From an archaeon (lineage in GTDB: Archaea > Undinarchaeota > CAZHTU01 > JBDRCC01), in assembly GCA_043822065.1 (NCBI GenBank), contig JBDRCC010000021.1, positions 1 through 64,000 on the forward strand: a DNA stretch of 64,000 nt, given 5' to 3'. Under the pieces are notes generated by a model. It saw only the letters and a program-made list of their open reading frames with translations. It did not search any database and was not told the origin of the DNA. Position 1 is the first letter of the stretch; each line of letters opens with the position of its first letter. Below are positions 47,732 through 57,122 of the stretch, piece by piece. The position numbers and the translations under genes are program-made.

Positions 47732-49051
47732 ATGAAAGTCCTAGTCGTCGGAAGCGGTGCAAGGGAGCATGTCATAGCGGAAAGCATAGCGAAGTCCGGG
47801 GAGAAGCTCTACTCCATCCTTTCAACCAGGAACCCAGGCATAATCCGCTTATCCGAGGACTACAAGGTCTGCGACATCACCGACAACGACTCAATCCGCA
47901 AGTTCGCGGAGAAGAGCGACATCACGCTCGCAATAATCGGCCCCGAAGTGCCGCTCGCAAACGGCATCGTCGACGAGCTCGTCATGGAGGGCATCGACTG
48001 CGTAGGTCCGAGGAAAGTCCTTGCAAGGCTCGAGTCCGACAAGGCCTTCGCCAGGAACCTCATGCAGACGAACAAAATCGGCGGCTGCCCAGAATTCCAC
48101 ATACTCACAGACCCTGCAAAGGCAGAGGAAGTAATCCGCAACTCCGGCAAGGCGTGGGCAATAAAGCCCGCAGGGCTGACCGGGGGCAAGGGCGTCCAGA
48201 TGATGGGCGAGCACCTCGACATCGAGGGTGCGGTAGCCTACTCAAAGAAGATTCTCGAAGACAAGGTCGGCGGGATGGCAAAGCTGGTTCTTGAGGAAAA
48301 GCTCATCGGTGAGGAGATAACCATCCAGGCTTTCGCCGACGGAAAGACACTTATTCCGATGCCAGTCGTGCAGGACCACAAGCGCGCCTTTGACGGCGAC
48401 CAGGGCCCGAACACCGGCGGCATGGGTTCGTACTCCGACTCAAACCATCTTCTCCCATTCCTCGACAGGAAGACCTACGACCAGTGCATCGGGATAATGG
48501 AGCAGACAATCTCCGCAGCGGTGCGCGCCACAGGCTTCCCGTACAAGGGAATCCTCTACGGCCAGTTCATGCTTACCAAAGGCGGGCCGAAGGTCATAGA
48601 ATTCAACACCCGCTTCGGCGACCCGGAGGCAATGAACGTCCTGAGCCTGCTCGAGACCGACCCGCTCCAGATATACGTCAACATCGCGCACGGCGACCTG
48701 AAGAAGTCTGACGTCAGCTTCCAGAACAAGGCCACGGTCTGCAAGTACGTCGCTCCGGCGGGCTACCCGACCCTATCTAAGCCAGTCCCAATCACAGTCG
48801 ACGAGTCCGCCATATCCGGCCTCGGCGCGAAAGTCTACTACGCCTCAGTCTCTGAGAAGAACAAGAAGCTCATCACGGGCACATCAAGGACGGCCGCGAC
48901 AGTCGGAATCGCGGACACAATCGAGGAGGCTGAGAAAATCGCAGAGGCTGCACTCGGCCACATCAAGGGCGACCTCTTCCACCGGAAGGATATCGGCACA
49001 AGCGCGCTCATCCAGAAACGGCTCGACAACATGAAGACAATAATGGGCTAG
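47732..49051 (+). CDS. purD: Phosphoribosylamine-glycine ligase
   Basis: GSGAREH, GPE.PL, GL.GGKGV, QDHKR..DGD.GPNTGGMG, EFN.RFGDPE. Confidence 0.96.
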   Translation: MKVLVVGSGAREHVIAESIAKSGEKLYSILSTRNPGIIRLSEDYKVCDITDNDSIRKFAEKSDITLAIIGPEVPLANGIVDELVMEGIDCVGPRKVLARLESDKAFARNLMQTNKIGGCPEFHILTDPAKAEEVIRNSGKAWAIKPAGLTGGKGVQMMGEHLDIEGAVAYSKKILEDKVGGMAKLVLEEKLIGEEITIQAFADGKTLIPMPVVQDHKRAFDGDQGPNTGGMGSYSDSNHLLPFLDRKTYDQCIGIMEQTISAAVRATGFPYKGILYGQFMLTKGGPKVIEFNTRFGDPEAMNVLSLLETDPLQIYVNIAHGDLKKSDVSFQNKATVCKYVAPAGYPTLSKPVPITVDESAISGLGAKVYYASVSEKNKKLITGTSRTAATVGIADTIEEAEKIAEAALGHIKGDLFHRKDIGTSALIQKRLDNMKTIMG

Positions 49052-49944
49052 CCTTTCGCCAGCTCTTCTATTATCCCGCAAACGCATTCTCCAAGCGCCT
49101 TTGAACTATACCCGCCTTCCAGTGCTATCACCAGAGGGTATTTTTTTATCCGCCTGAACGTCTCTACGAAGCAGTCTGTTGTCAACCCGAACCCGCCTAT
49201 CGGGTCGTCCTTGTGCCCGTCGAACCCGGCTGAGACAAACAAGATTTCAGGCTTCTCCCTATCTATCCTCTCGACCGCCTTGTCGACAGCCTCCAAAAAC
49301 GCATCATCCTCCGTTCCGGCAGGCATTGGGAGGTTAAATGTGTAACCCTTGCCAGCGCCCTGCCCGGTCTCGCTTACGCTCCCGCTCCCGGGGTAGAACG
49401 GGTACTCGTGTATTGATGTATACAGCACAGGCTCGGAATAGAATATGTCCTGCGTCCCATTCCCGTGGTGGATGTCGATGTCGAATATTGCCTTTCTCCC
49501 CCCGAAAGCCCTCACCCCGAACGCAATGTTGTTGAAATAGCAGAAGCCCATCGGCGTTGTCCTTGTCGCGTGGTGCCCCGGCGGCCTTACCAGGCAGAAG
49601 ACGTGCCTGCTCCCTCTCTTTATCCGCTCAACCGCCTTTACAAGGCCGCCGACCGCGAGCTTCGCAACCTCGAACGTCGCGGCGCAGGGAACTGTATCGG
49701 CGTCTATCATTTCCTCCGCCCTGCTCCTGGACCTCACGAGGTCAACCATCTCCTTCGTATGGACCCTCAGCAAATAATCATCGTCAACCGGCTCAGGCTC
49801 GACAATGTTTATCTTTTTCCCCAGCCCCCGCCTGCCTATCTCATCCCATATCGCCTTGAGCCTGTTTGGCGCCTCAGGGTGCCATCCCCCTGATACGTGC
49901 CTCAGGTACTCGGGCGAGTAGACAACGTCGATTTTCCCTGCCAT
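49048..49944 (-). CDS. Histone deacetylase-family protein
   Basis: HPE...R, RPPGHH, GFC.FNN, D.HHGNGTQ, SAGFD.H..D, EGGY; start at MAGKID. Confidence 0.92.
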   Translation of the reverse strand: MAGKIDVVYSPEYLRHVSGGWHPEAPNRLKAIWDEIGRRGLGKKINIVEPEPVDDDYLLRVHTKEMVDLVRSRSRAEEMIDADTVPCAATFEVAKLAVGGLVKAVERIKRGSRHVFCLVRPPGHHATRTTPMGFCYFNNIAFGVRAFGGRKAIFDIDIHHGNGTQDIFYSEPVLYTSIHEYPFYPGSGSVSETGQGAGKGYTFNLPMPAGTEDDAFLEAVDKAVERIDREKPEILFVSAGFDGHKDDPIGGFGLTTDCFVETFRRIKKYPLVIALEGGYSSKALGECVCGIIEELAKG

Positions 49945-49981
49945 TGGAAATTTATAAAAGACCTCCGGCAATAAGTACCTT

Positions 49982-50413
49982 ATGATAACCATAATAATCG
50001 GCTCCGAGTCAGACAGGCCAGTTGCCGAGAAAGCTGAAAAAATACTCTCCGAATTCGGCGTCCCATTCCAGACCCACGTCGCATCCGCCCACCGGACCCC
50101 GGACAGGCTCAAGGAAATCGTCACATCATCCAAATCCGACGTCTTCATAGCAATTGCCGGCTTATCCGCAGCCCTGCCTGGTGCGGTCGCCTCAATGACA
50201 GTAAAGCCTGTCATCGGCGTCCCGGTTAACGTCAAGCTTGGCGGGCTTGACGCCCTTCTCGCGATAATGCAGATGCCGCCAAAGGTCCCGGTCGCCGCCG
50301 TCGGGGTGGACAGGGCGGACAATGCAGCCTACCTGGCGGTTCAGATTCTATCGCTCAAGGACAAGGCCCTTGCAAAAAAGTTTGCAGACTTCAGGCAGTC
50401 GCTTTCTAAATAA
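49982..50413 (+). CDS. purE: AIR carboxylase/N5-CAIR mutase
   Basis: GS.SD, SAHRTP, AG.SA.LPG, PVIGVP, QMP..VPVA. Confidence 0.95.
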   Translation: MITIIIGSESDRPVAEKAEKILSEFGVPFQTHVASAHRTPDRLKEIVTSSKSDVFIAIAGLSAALPGAVASMTVKPVIGVPVNVKLGGLDALLAIMQMPPKVPVAAVGVDRADNAAYLAVQILSLKDKALAKKFADFRQSLSK

Positions 50414-50508
50414 TAAACTTAAGCAGCAGCTTCCCAAGCGACCTTTCTTGAAAGAAAGCTCGACCAAAGAACGCCTAAATAATAAACTTAAACAGCAGCT
50501 TCCCAAGC
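50406..50508. repeat. Hairpin element copy 3 (50439-50474) flanked by 34-bp direct repeats
   Basis: 50406-50439 vs 50475-50508 match 33/34; core CGAC-CTTTCTT-GA-AAGAAAG-CTCG-ACCAAAGAA. Confidence 0.92.
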
Positions 50509-51665
50509 TTCGGGCTCTTCTTTATCAGCGTCTTAACCGCCGCGGTCTTTCCATCCATCATGTCCAGCACCGTCTTTGTGTCAAAGACAGTAGCCAATTG
50601 GTCAATCTCCGCGTCGTTCAGCGAGGCGGCTATCTTCTGGAGCCTTAAGTGCCTCTTGAATGTCTTTCCATATGCGCTGTCCCATAACGCCTTGTACTCG
50701 TCAAGCCGCGTCTTCGAAACGTCCCCCTTTTCGAGCGCTTTGGCTCCGACTTCAGCCGCTATGCTCCCAGCGCCCATTGCAAACGCTATCCCGCCGCCGT
50801 GTATCGGGCTTACCTGCCTTGCCGCGTCACCGACAACCACTAGGCCATCGGTCGCAAACTCCTTTGACACGCCTCCGACCGGTATCCCCCCTCCATTTAC
50901 CTCCACTATCGAGCCATCTCCGTACCCGTGCTGCTTTACCCACCTGTCAAGGTAGTACTTTGCATTTTTTTCAGAGGCAGCGTTTATCCCTATGCCCACG
51001 TTGGCGACGTCCTTTCCCTTTGGGAAGACCCAGATGTACCCGCTCGGCGCGATGCTGTTCCCAATGTAGAACTCAAGGACCTCGTGGTCCTGGATATCTA
51101 TCCCTGCCATCTCGTACTGGAACCCGGAATCAAAAGTTTCAAGCTTTTCAGCTGTGTCTATCCCTGCCCACCTTGCGACCTTGGAGTCCACGCCGTCTGC
51201 CGCGACAGTCAGCCTCGCCCTGACTTCAAATTCCTCGCCGAAGCGGTCGCAGTTTATGCCCTCGATGCCGTTCTTTCCCTTCAGGACCCCGGTGCACCTG
51301 ACCTTTGCCTGGACTTCAGCGCCAGCCCTCGCAGCCTCTATGGCAAGGTACTTGTCAAACATCTTCCGCTCAAGCAGGTAGCCGCACAGCGCGTCGTCGG
51401 TCTTGTCCTTTAGCGTGAGCCTTGTCCCGTTCGGGCTGATGAGCGACATGCCGTATATGTTGTTCGCGATGTGGTTCCCCTTCTCTGGTATGCCGAACCT
51501 CTTGAAGTGGGCCTTCGCAAGGCCTTCGCCGCACCTCACCGGCGCACCTATCTCCTCGCGCTTGTCAATGCATAATACCGATAGCCCCTTCTCTGCAAGC
51601 TTCTTCGCGGCGTATGTGCCGCCTGGGCCTGCGCCAACGACTGCAACATCGTACTCATCCTTCAT
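50475..51665 (-). CDS. Digeranylgeranylglycerophospholipid reductase (GGR family)
   Basis: GAGPGG, P.RCGEG, ADG..S, P.GY.W.FPK, GDAA....P..GGGI. Confidence 0.9.
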   Translation of the reverse strand: MKDEYDVAVVGAGPGGTYAAKKLAEKGLSVLCIDKREEIGAPVRCGEGLAKAHFKRFGIPEKGNHIANNIYGMSLISPNGTRLTLKDKTDDALCGYLLERKMFDKYLAIEAARAGAEVQAKVRCTGVLKGKNGIEGINCDRFGEEFEVRARLTVAADGVDSKVARWAGIDTAEKLETFDSGFQYEMAGIDIQDHEVLEFYIGNSIAPSGYIWVFPKGKDVANVGIGINAASEKNAKYYLDRWVKQHGYGDGSIVEVNGGGIPVGGVSKEFATDGLVVVGDAARQVSPIHGGGIAFAMGAGSIAAEVGAKALEKGDVSKTRLDEYKALWDSAYGKTFKRHLRLQKIAASLNDAEIDQLATVFDTKTVLDMMDGKTAAVKTLIKKSPKLGKLLFKFII

Positions 51666-51834
51666 ACTTTATCGCCCCCACCGGGCAGAACTTCTCGCAA
51701 ACCCTGCAGTTGATGCAGTAATCATAGAAAACTATCCCCTCTTCAAGCAGCTCGTTCGCGTTCTTCGGGCAGACCGAGACGCAGCCCCCGCACTTCAGGC
51801 ATTTCCGCCTGTCAACCCGCATCTTGCTCTTCAT
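51655..51834 (-). CDS. 2x[4Fe-4S] ferredoxin
   Basis: CLKCGGCVSVCP and CINCRVCEKFCP; directly upstream of GGR. Confidence 0.9.
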   Translation of the reverse strand: MKSKMRVDRRKCLKCGGCVSVCPKNANELLEEGIVFYDYCINCRVCEKFCPVGAIKYEG

Positions 51835-53138
51835 TACGGCGTCAGCCTCTTCATGTCGCGCGGGAATGCTATGCACTCCCTCACGTTTGAAACCCCAGTA
51901 AGCACCATGACAAGCCTGTCCCCGCCAAGCCCCCATCCGGCGTGCGGCGGCATCCCCCAGTCGAACGCCTTGAGGTGGTGCTCGAAGTCTGCAGGGTCGT
52001 TCCCATGCTTTTTCAGGCTCTCAAGCAGCATTTCCCTTTCGTGTATCCTCATCCCGCCTGAGGCAAGCTCTATCCCCCCGAAGTCGAAGTCAAACGACCT
52101 CGAAAGCTTCGGCTTGTCTGCCGGCATTATGTAGAACGGCTTTATGTCCGCAGGATAATTTGTTATGAAGAACGGCCCCTTTACATTCTCCCCGAGCGCC
52201 TTCTCGGACTCGGTGTCTATGTCGTCCCCGAACTTCAGCTTCTTGCCGGACTTGTCCAGGATTTCGAGCGCCTCCTCATAGGTCACGCGCCTGTACGGCG
52301 GCTTTGGTATGTCAAGCTCCCTGCCGAGCATCTTCAGCTCCTCGGCGCAGCCCTCCCTCACCTTCGTGACTATGTGGTAGAACATGTTTTCGAGCGCCTT
52401 CATCGCATCCTCGTCGTCCCCGAAGGCGAGCTCAATATCAATCCCAGTGAACTCAGAGATGTGCCTGACTGTGTCAGACGGCTCAGCCCTGAAGAAGGGC
52501 GCAATCTCGTAAACCCTGTCGAAGCAGCTGGTGAGTATCTCCTTGTAAAGCCGCGGCGACTGGCTAAGGTAAGCCTGCTGGTCGAAGTATGAAATCGGGA
52601 AGAGCGTAGCCCCGCCCTCCGCCCCTGCCTTTATTATCTTCGGGGTGTGGACCTCTATGAACCCTTCGCCGGACAGGTACTCCCGTGCTGCGTCGAACAC
52701 CTTGTCCCGTATCTTGAATATCGCAAGTATCTCCGGGCGCCGCAGGTCGACTGCCCTGGCGTTCAGCCGCGTGTCCAAGTCCGCCGGCGTTATCCCGGTG
52801 ACGTCAAGCGGCAGCTGGCGCTGGGCAGTGTTTATTATCCTTATTTCCTGCGGTATTATCTCAATCCCGCGCTTGGCAATCTTGCTCGCCTGCGCCTTCC
52901 CCTTGACCGCGACGACGAACTCCCGCCCAAGCTGCTTTATCTTTTCGGTTATCTCCTGCGGGACTTCCTCCCTCTTGGCGGTTATCTGCGCAATCCCCGA
53001 CCTGTCCCTGAGCAGGAAGAAGTTTATCTTTCCGAGGAGCCTGACCTCGTGGACCCATCCCATGAGGATGACGTCCTGGCCTGCCCTGACGTCGGCAACA
53101 AAGCATGTCCTCCGCCAGTCCCCCATATTGTCAACCAT
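51834..53138 (-). CDS. aspS: Aspartyl-tRNA synthetase (archaeal type)
   Basis: GWV, F..LRD, EGGA.LF, FRAE, GMPPH.G.GLG.DR. Confidence 0.93.
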   Translation of the reverse strand: MVDNMGDWRRTCFVADVRAGQDVILMGWVHEVRLLGKINFFLLRDRSGIAQITAKREEVPQEITEKIKQLGREFVVAVKGKAQASKIAKRGIEIIPQEIRIINTAQRQLPLDVTGITPADLDTRLNARAVDLRRPEILAIFKIRDKVFDAAREYLSGEGFIEVHTPKIIKAGAEGGATLFPISYFDQQAYLSQSPRLYKEILTSCFDRVYEIAPFFRAEPSDTVRHISEFTGIDIELAFGDDEDAMKALENMFYHIVTKVREGCAEELKMLGRELDIPKPPYRRVTYEEALEILDKSGKKLKFGDDIDTESEKALGENVKGPFFITNYPADIKPFYIMPADKPKLSRSFDFDFGGIELASGGMRIHEREMLLESLKKHGNDPADFEHHLKAFDWGMPPHAGWGLGGDRLVMVLTGVSNVRECIAFPRDMKRLTP

Positions 53139-53139
53139 A

Positions 53140-53409
53140 TCAAGTCGCCTTTGCGTAGTAAACCAAAGCCCAGACGAAAAGCCAGAATATCATGTACGGC
53201 CACACTCCTACCCCGAACCACCACTTGTTTCCGTGCGTCTTCGGGTCAAGCTTGAATGCCCGCTGGAATGCATACCATATCATAAACAGCAGCCCAAGCG
53301 CCAAGAAGCCGATGTATACTTCGGTGCCTATGTACCCGCTGGCAGCCCCCATCAGCGCCCCAGCGGACGCATGGATTGCCAGACTCTTCTCTTCCAGGGT
53401 AAGTTCCAT
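53140..53409 (-). CDS. EMC6-like small membrane protein
   Basis: Three TMs, KWWFG.GVWPY..FW...W...Y. Confidence 0.7.
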   Translation of the reverse strand: MELTLEEKSLAIHASAGALMGAASGYIGTEVYIGFLALGLLFMIWYAFQRAFKLDPKTHGNKWWFGVGVWPYMIFWLFVWALVYYAKAT

Positions 53410-53447
53410 GCTTAACATACGGATTAGGGGTTAAAATAATTTGCCCA

Positions 53448-53546
53448 CAGCCTTTTTCTTTTAGAAAAAGAACCGCAAGGAACAAAGTTCCTTGGAGCCC
53501 CGAAAAGCCTTGCTTTTCGAGGAAACGCTGGCGAAAAAGAAAACTA
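53448..53546. repeat. Hairpin element copy 4, interrupted by a nested 50-bp double-hairpin (53473-53522)
   Basis: CAGC-C-TTTTTCTTTT...AAAAGAA[insert]AAA-C-GCTG-GCGAAAAAGAAAA-CTA. Confidence 0.8.
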
Positions 53547-53583
53547 CCTCAGGGTTCGCTCCGCTCACGCACTTTATCCTGCC

Positions 53584-54234
53584 TTAGAACCACTCGCCAA
53601 GCCTGCTCTGGCACTTCTCCTCGTTCAGCCGCCAGGCAGTGTACCAGGACTTCCTCACTATCTCCGGGTACTCCTTATTTTTCCTTATCCAGTCCTGGAG
53701 GAACTTTATCGTAACCTCGTCCGAGGGGTATCCGCTCCCGATTTCCCCGTACTTCTTCTTCAGCTTCTCAATCTCCCTGTCCCTCTCGACCTTTGCCAGA
53801 ATCGACGCCGCCGCGACAACCGGGAACCTTTCCCCCCTGTTGTGCGAGTGTATTATCATCGGGTCCTTGAGGTACTTCCGTATCCTATTTGCAAAAACGA
53901 TCGGCGGCCGGTCCGGGGAGTCGACGTAAACCTTGTCCGGCCCGAGCTTCCTTATCAGCCCGCCTATGAACTCCGCCTCCATCTCGTTAAGCGAGGCGTC
54001 GTCGCGGTACCTGTCGATGTACTTTGGCTGTATCCTCTCCACCCTGTAGGTGTGCGCAATCTTTTTTATCTCCTTCCGGAGGGAAGCCCTTTTTTCCGGC
54101 GTGAGCAGCTTCGAGTCCTTGACCCCTATCTCCTTCAGCCGCTTCTCCCCTGCCTCGTCAACCACAAGGCAGCAAATCGTCATAGGCCCGATGACTGGCC
54201 CGCGGCCGGCTTCATCCACTCCTGCAATGAGCAT
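53584..54234 (-). CDS. rnhB: Ribonuclease HII with C-terminal PIP box
   Basis: GVDEAGRGP, DSK.L, AAASILAKV.RD, GSGYPSD, QSRLGEWF. Confidence 0.95.
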   Translation of the reverse strand: MLIAGVDEAGRGPVIGPMTICCLVVDEAGEKRLKEIGVKDSKLLTPEKRASLRKEIKKIAHTYRVERIQPKYIDRYRDDASLNEMEAEFIGGLIRKLGPDKVYVDSPDRPPIVFANRIRKYLKDPMIIHSHNRGERFPVVAAASILAKVERDREIEKLKKKYGEIGSGYPSDEVTIKFLQDWIRKNKEYPEIVRKSWYTAWRLNEEKCQSRLGEWF

Positions 54235-54327
54235 ACTCCTTCTTTGTTGCCCTGGATTTAAACTATTTGCGCAACCAAAACCTTTTATAAGCTGAACCAA
54301 GTACTATGATTACTGTGCATTTCCGAT

Positions 54328-54406
54328 AGCGGGGTGGAGTAGTCTGGCCTATCTCGACGGGCTCATAACCCGTAGATCAGTCGTTCGAATCGACTCCCCG
54401 CTACCA
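54328..54406 (+). tRNA. Initiator tRNA-Met(CAT), CCA encoded
   Basis: A1-U72 pair; ACGGG-CT-CAT-AA-CCCGT with three G-C pairs. Confidence 0.93.
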
Positions 54407-54459
54407 TTTATTTAATCTTTATACTAAAAACTTATAAATCCGGGGAGCTAAAATAGCCT

Positions 54460-54831
54460 ATGGTTCACAAGACCGCAGTAATCGTCGCGGCCACCACGGT
54501 CATCGCCGCGCAGTACCTTCCTTACAAATATGCACTCCTAGTCGGGGCTTTCCTAGTCATGCTGCCGCTCAGGCTTACCATAATGCCCGGCAACCTGATT
54601 TCCCAGACCGCGATAGGCACCTCCCTTCTCACCCTCCTCGGGCTCCACCTCGGCTTCGGCCCATTTTACGCATTCGCATTCGGCGTCACGGCAAGGTTCG
54701 CAATATTCCTCCTTATAGTCACTTTCATCCTAAAGAGCATGAGCTCCAAGCCAAGGCTGCCGAAATTCCTCCAGTCCAACAAGGTCCAGCCGACGGTTAT
54801 GAAACAGTATCCTGGCAACAAATCCAATTAA
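54460..54831 (+). CDS. Hypothetical membrane protein
   Basis: Hydrophobic ORF with upstream TATA box. Confidence 0.65.
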   Translation: MVHKTAVIVAATTVIAAQYLPYKYALLVGAFLVMLPLRLTIMPGNLISQTAIGTSLLTLLGLHLGFGPFYAFAFGVTARFAIFLLIVTFILKSMSSKPRLPKFLQSNKVQPTVMKQYPGNKSN

Positions 54832-54888
54832 ACCCCCTTTTCCCATCCTGAGCCAGAATATTTATATCCCCTCAGCCACCTGCAAACC

Positions 54889-55500
54889 ATGATTGAGCGC
54901 AAGGCCGCGTTTTTGGCGCTAATCCTCGCATCGGCAGGCACCGCCATGCTCTATGCAATACCCCAGGGCTACGGCGTCCCGCACACACCCATCCAAAAAA
55001 TCACACCATCCTACGAGGGCGTGCCCGTGGTCGTCTCCGGCTCAGTCAGCCAGATAAAATCCACGGAGAAAGTTACACTCCTTACACTATCCGACGGCGA
55101 AGCCTCAATCCTCGTCCCTGTCTTCGACAAGGCGGAAGAATTCTCCATCGGAGAGGCGCTTGATGTCTCCGGCAAGGTCCAGCTCTACAACGGCGCGCTT
55201 GAGGTCATCCCGTCGGCAATATTGCGGGCGCCCCCCGCCCAAGAAAAAAACTTCGTCTCCGTTTCCGAGATAGGCGCTTCCTGGGAGAGCCGGAGCGTCC
55301 GCATCCTCGGCAAGGTCGTCTCCTCCAAGGAATACAAAGACAGCCAGCTCATAAGCGTCGAGGACCACACTGGAAAAATAGATGTCTACACCGCACGGAA
55401 ATACGAGCTTTGGAACGGCGACTACGTCTCGGTTGACGGAACCGTTTCAATGTACAAGGGCATGCCTGAGGTCAAAGCCACATCAATAGAAAGGCTTTAG
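54889..55500 (+). CDS. Membrane-anchored tandem OB-fold protein
   Basis: N-terminal TM; two repeats V...G.V....L.D....I.V....G.V..Y.G..EV. Confidence 0.8.
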   Translation: MIERKAAFLALILASAGTAMLYAIPQGYGVPHTPIQKITPSYEGVPVVVSGSVSQIKSTEKVTLLTLSDGEASILVPVFDKAEEFSIGEALDVSGKVQLYNGALEVIPSAILRAPPAQEKNFVSVSEIGASWESRSVRILGKVVSSKEYKDSQLISVEDHTGKIDVYTARKYELWNGDYVSVDGTVSMYKGMPEVKATSIERL

Positions 55501-55503
55501 CCG

Positions 55504-55980
55504 CTACCTTGGCGGCATCATGTCCTTTATGGACCTTGAGCTTACCACTGTCACGTTCCCGAGCGGGTCGACGTTCGGAAGTATCTTAGTCCTCAGGTGC
55601 CCGAGCAGGAGCCTTGCAACGTCTGCGTGCTCCTCTTCACCCTCGACTATTATCGTGTCCCGCGGCGCGGCGCCCTTGCCTGCGACGACCGTGAAGAGCA
55701 GGTCAGCTTCGATTTTTGACTTCTTAAGCGGGAACTTCTTTTTTGAGCCGATGACCTTTGCCCCGAACCGCCTCGTCGGCATTGGCTTGCCGTTCTCGTC
55801 AGTCTCCTGCCGCCCCGTTGGGACGTCGTGCTCCTGCACCCTGATGTTTGCAAGGAACGTCCCCTTTTCGGTTATCTGCTCGTTTACTTCCTTGACGAGC
55901 TCTATGTCCGTCAGGATATCTCCTATTATCTCAAATGACTTCGCATGCGAGGGAATGAAGGTTATCTCGAAAAACTTCAT
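55504..55980 (-). CDS. Hypothetical protein
   Basis: Host codon usage from ATG 55980; TATA-like box upstream. Confidence 0.65.
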   Translation of the reverse strand: MKFFEITFIPSHAKSFEIIGDILTDIELVKEVNEQITEKGTFLANIRVQEHDVPTGRQETDENGKPMPTRRFGAKVIGSKKKFPLKKSKIEADLLFTVVAGKGAAPRDTIIVEGEEEHADVARLLLGHLRTKILPNVDPLGNVTVVSSRSIKDMMPPR

Positions 55981-56059
55981 GCATATACTAAGCATTTTGT
56001 TATTTAAATCTGTAGTGATTTGAAAAAACATTAAATACTCTACAAACAAAATACATCCT

Positions 56060-56580
56060 ATGTCAAAAACTCCCCCTGCCAATTGGCGATCCCGTCTCGT
56101 TAAACTTGATGCAGATGAAATAGTAGACTATTTAATAGCAGAACAAGAACAACAACTTAAGGAGAAAAGCCATCTGATGAGACTGAAGTTGTTTTTAAAG
56201 AAATTAAAAAACTCCTTAAAATATGCGAGAGTTTTGGAGTGGAAGGAGATACAGCTGAGCACGCGATACAGGACTTTTTAACTGTCTGTGGAAAAGACTA
56301 TCTCTCTCCAGAGAATAGGGCTGAAATGCAAAAAATTGAGGATGAGGTGACTATTATCGGAAGGCTCAGAACGAAGAAAGACACGTATATCTATGTACTA
56401 AAATTCATCAAGAAATTTGATGAACCTGTTAGTTTTAAGATGCTAAATCTTGCGCCAAAATCTTATCTGAAAGATAAATATAAACCTTTTATACTAGACC
56501 TTGAAAGATTTAATATAATCCAAATAGATAGAAGCAAAGGCGAACGCAATTACCTCTATTCATTAAATACGCTTGGCTAA
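56060..56580 (+). pseudogene. AT-rich wHTH-like gene split by a -1 frameshift
   Basis: ORF 56060-56281 overlaps an open -1 frame running 56161-56580. Confidence 0.55.
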
Positions 56581-56612
56581 TCTATTTAATTGGAAAGAAT
56601 TATCAATCTCTC

Positions 56613-57122
56613 ATGATAACCATTCTTAGGCTTTCCCACCGCATTTCGAGGGACAAGCGGCTCTCGACCCACCTCGGGCTTGTAGCCCGCGCCTTCGGCG
56701 CCGACAAGGTCATCTACACCGGCGAAAAGGACGAGCACCTGTTTGAGTCCCTCCGCAAGGTCGCAGGCGACTGGGGCGGAAAGTTCGAGGCGGAGCACGC
56801 AAAGAGCTACCGCAAGGTCATCAAGGAGTTCAACGGAACTGTCGTCCACCTGACGATGTACGGCATGCCAGTCCAGGACAAGGCCGCCGAGCTCCGCGGC
56901 AAGGACCTTTTGATAATCGTCGGCGCCGGGAAAGTCCCGGGCGACGTCTACGAGCTGGCTGACTATAATATTTCAGTCACACTCCAGCCGCACTCCGAGG
57001 TCGCAGCCCTCGCAATCCTCCTGGACAGGCTCCAGAACGGCGCAGAGCTTTCCAAAACGCACTCCGGCGCGAAGAAAAAGGTTATACCAAATGCCAAAGG
57101 CAAAACACTCATTCAGGATTGA
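56613..57122 (+). CDS. trm56: tRNA (cytidine56-2'-O)-methyltransferase aTrm56
   Basis: LRL.HR..RD.R..TH..L.ARAFGA, HLTMYG, KVP, QPHSEVAAL. Confidence 0.95.
   Translation: MITILRLSHRISRDKRLSTHLGLVARAFGADKVIYTGEKDEHLFESLRKVAGDWGGKFEAEHAKSYRKVIKEFNGTVVHLTMYGMPVQDKAAELRGKDLLIIVGAGKVPGDVYELADYNISVTLQPHSEVAALAILLDRLQNGAELSKTHSGAKKKVIPNAKGKTLIQD

Noticed and set aside
49945-50322. N-terminal extension of the deacetylase ORF
   Set aside because: It is antisense to purE; the real start is ATG 49944 with its own TATA box.
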